Program-made: the position numbers and the translations under genes
NCBI RefSeq assembly: GCF_963921235.1
Contig: NC_086109.1
Span: 37,140,001 to 37,204,000 of the forward strand
Reading direction: 5' to 3'
Length of the DNA stretch: 64,000 nt
DNA from: Mobula hypostoma
Taxonomy: Eukaryota
The notes under the pieces: model-generated
The model's database searches: none
Told to the model about the DNA's origin: nothing
Seen by the model: the letters and a program-made list of their open reading frames with translations, nothing else
Shown: in pieces, positions 63,996-64,000 of the stretch
Layout: each line of letters opens with the position of its first letter
How positions within the stretch are numbered: the stretch's first letter is position 1

Positions 63996-64000
63996 GTTGA

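Overview
Vertebrate genomic DNA, most likely a cartilaginous fish (ray or shark; inferred from the mix of repeat families, not verified). Most of the window is transposable elements. These include CR1 LINEs (two near-full-length copies head-to-tail at 13.4-22.1 kb plus several fragments), Penelope-like elements whose terminal repeats carry minimal hammerhead ribozyme motifs, and tRNA-headed SINEs. There are also Rex1/Babar-type fragments, an RNase H-containing Nimb/I-type LINE hosting three nested insertions, a full-length L1 broken only by three point stops, and a Gypsy LTR element with three nested non-autonomous insertions. No intact host gene can be named. The most unexpected signal is a pair of inverted, homologous decayed protein-coding segments (about 7.9-10.9 kb on +, about 38.4-40.5 kb on -, probably extending to 41.9 kb) that differ at synonymous codon positions and encode a protein I cannot identify. 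A few candidate minus-strand exons are reported at low confidence. All calls are by-eye motif recognition; no searches were run, and the ends of old repeats are approximate.
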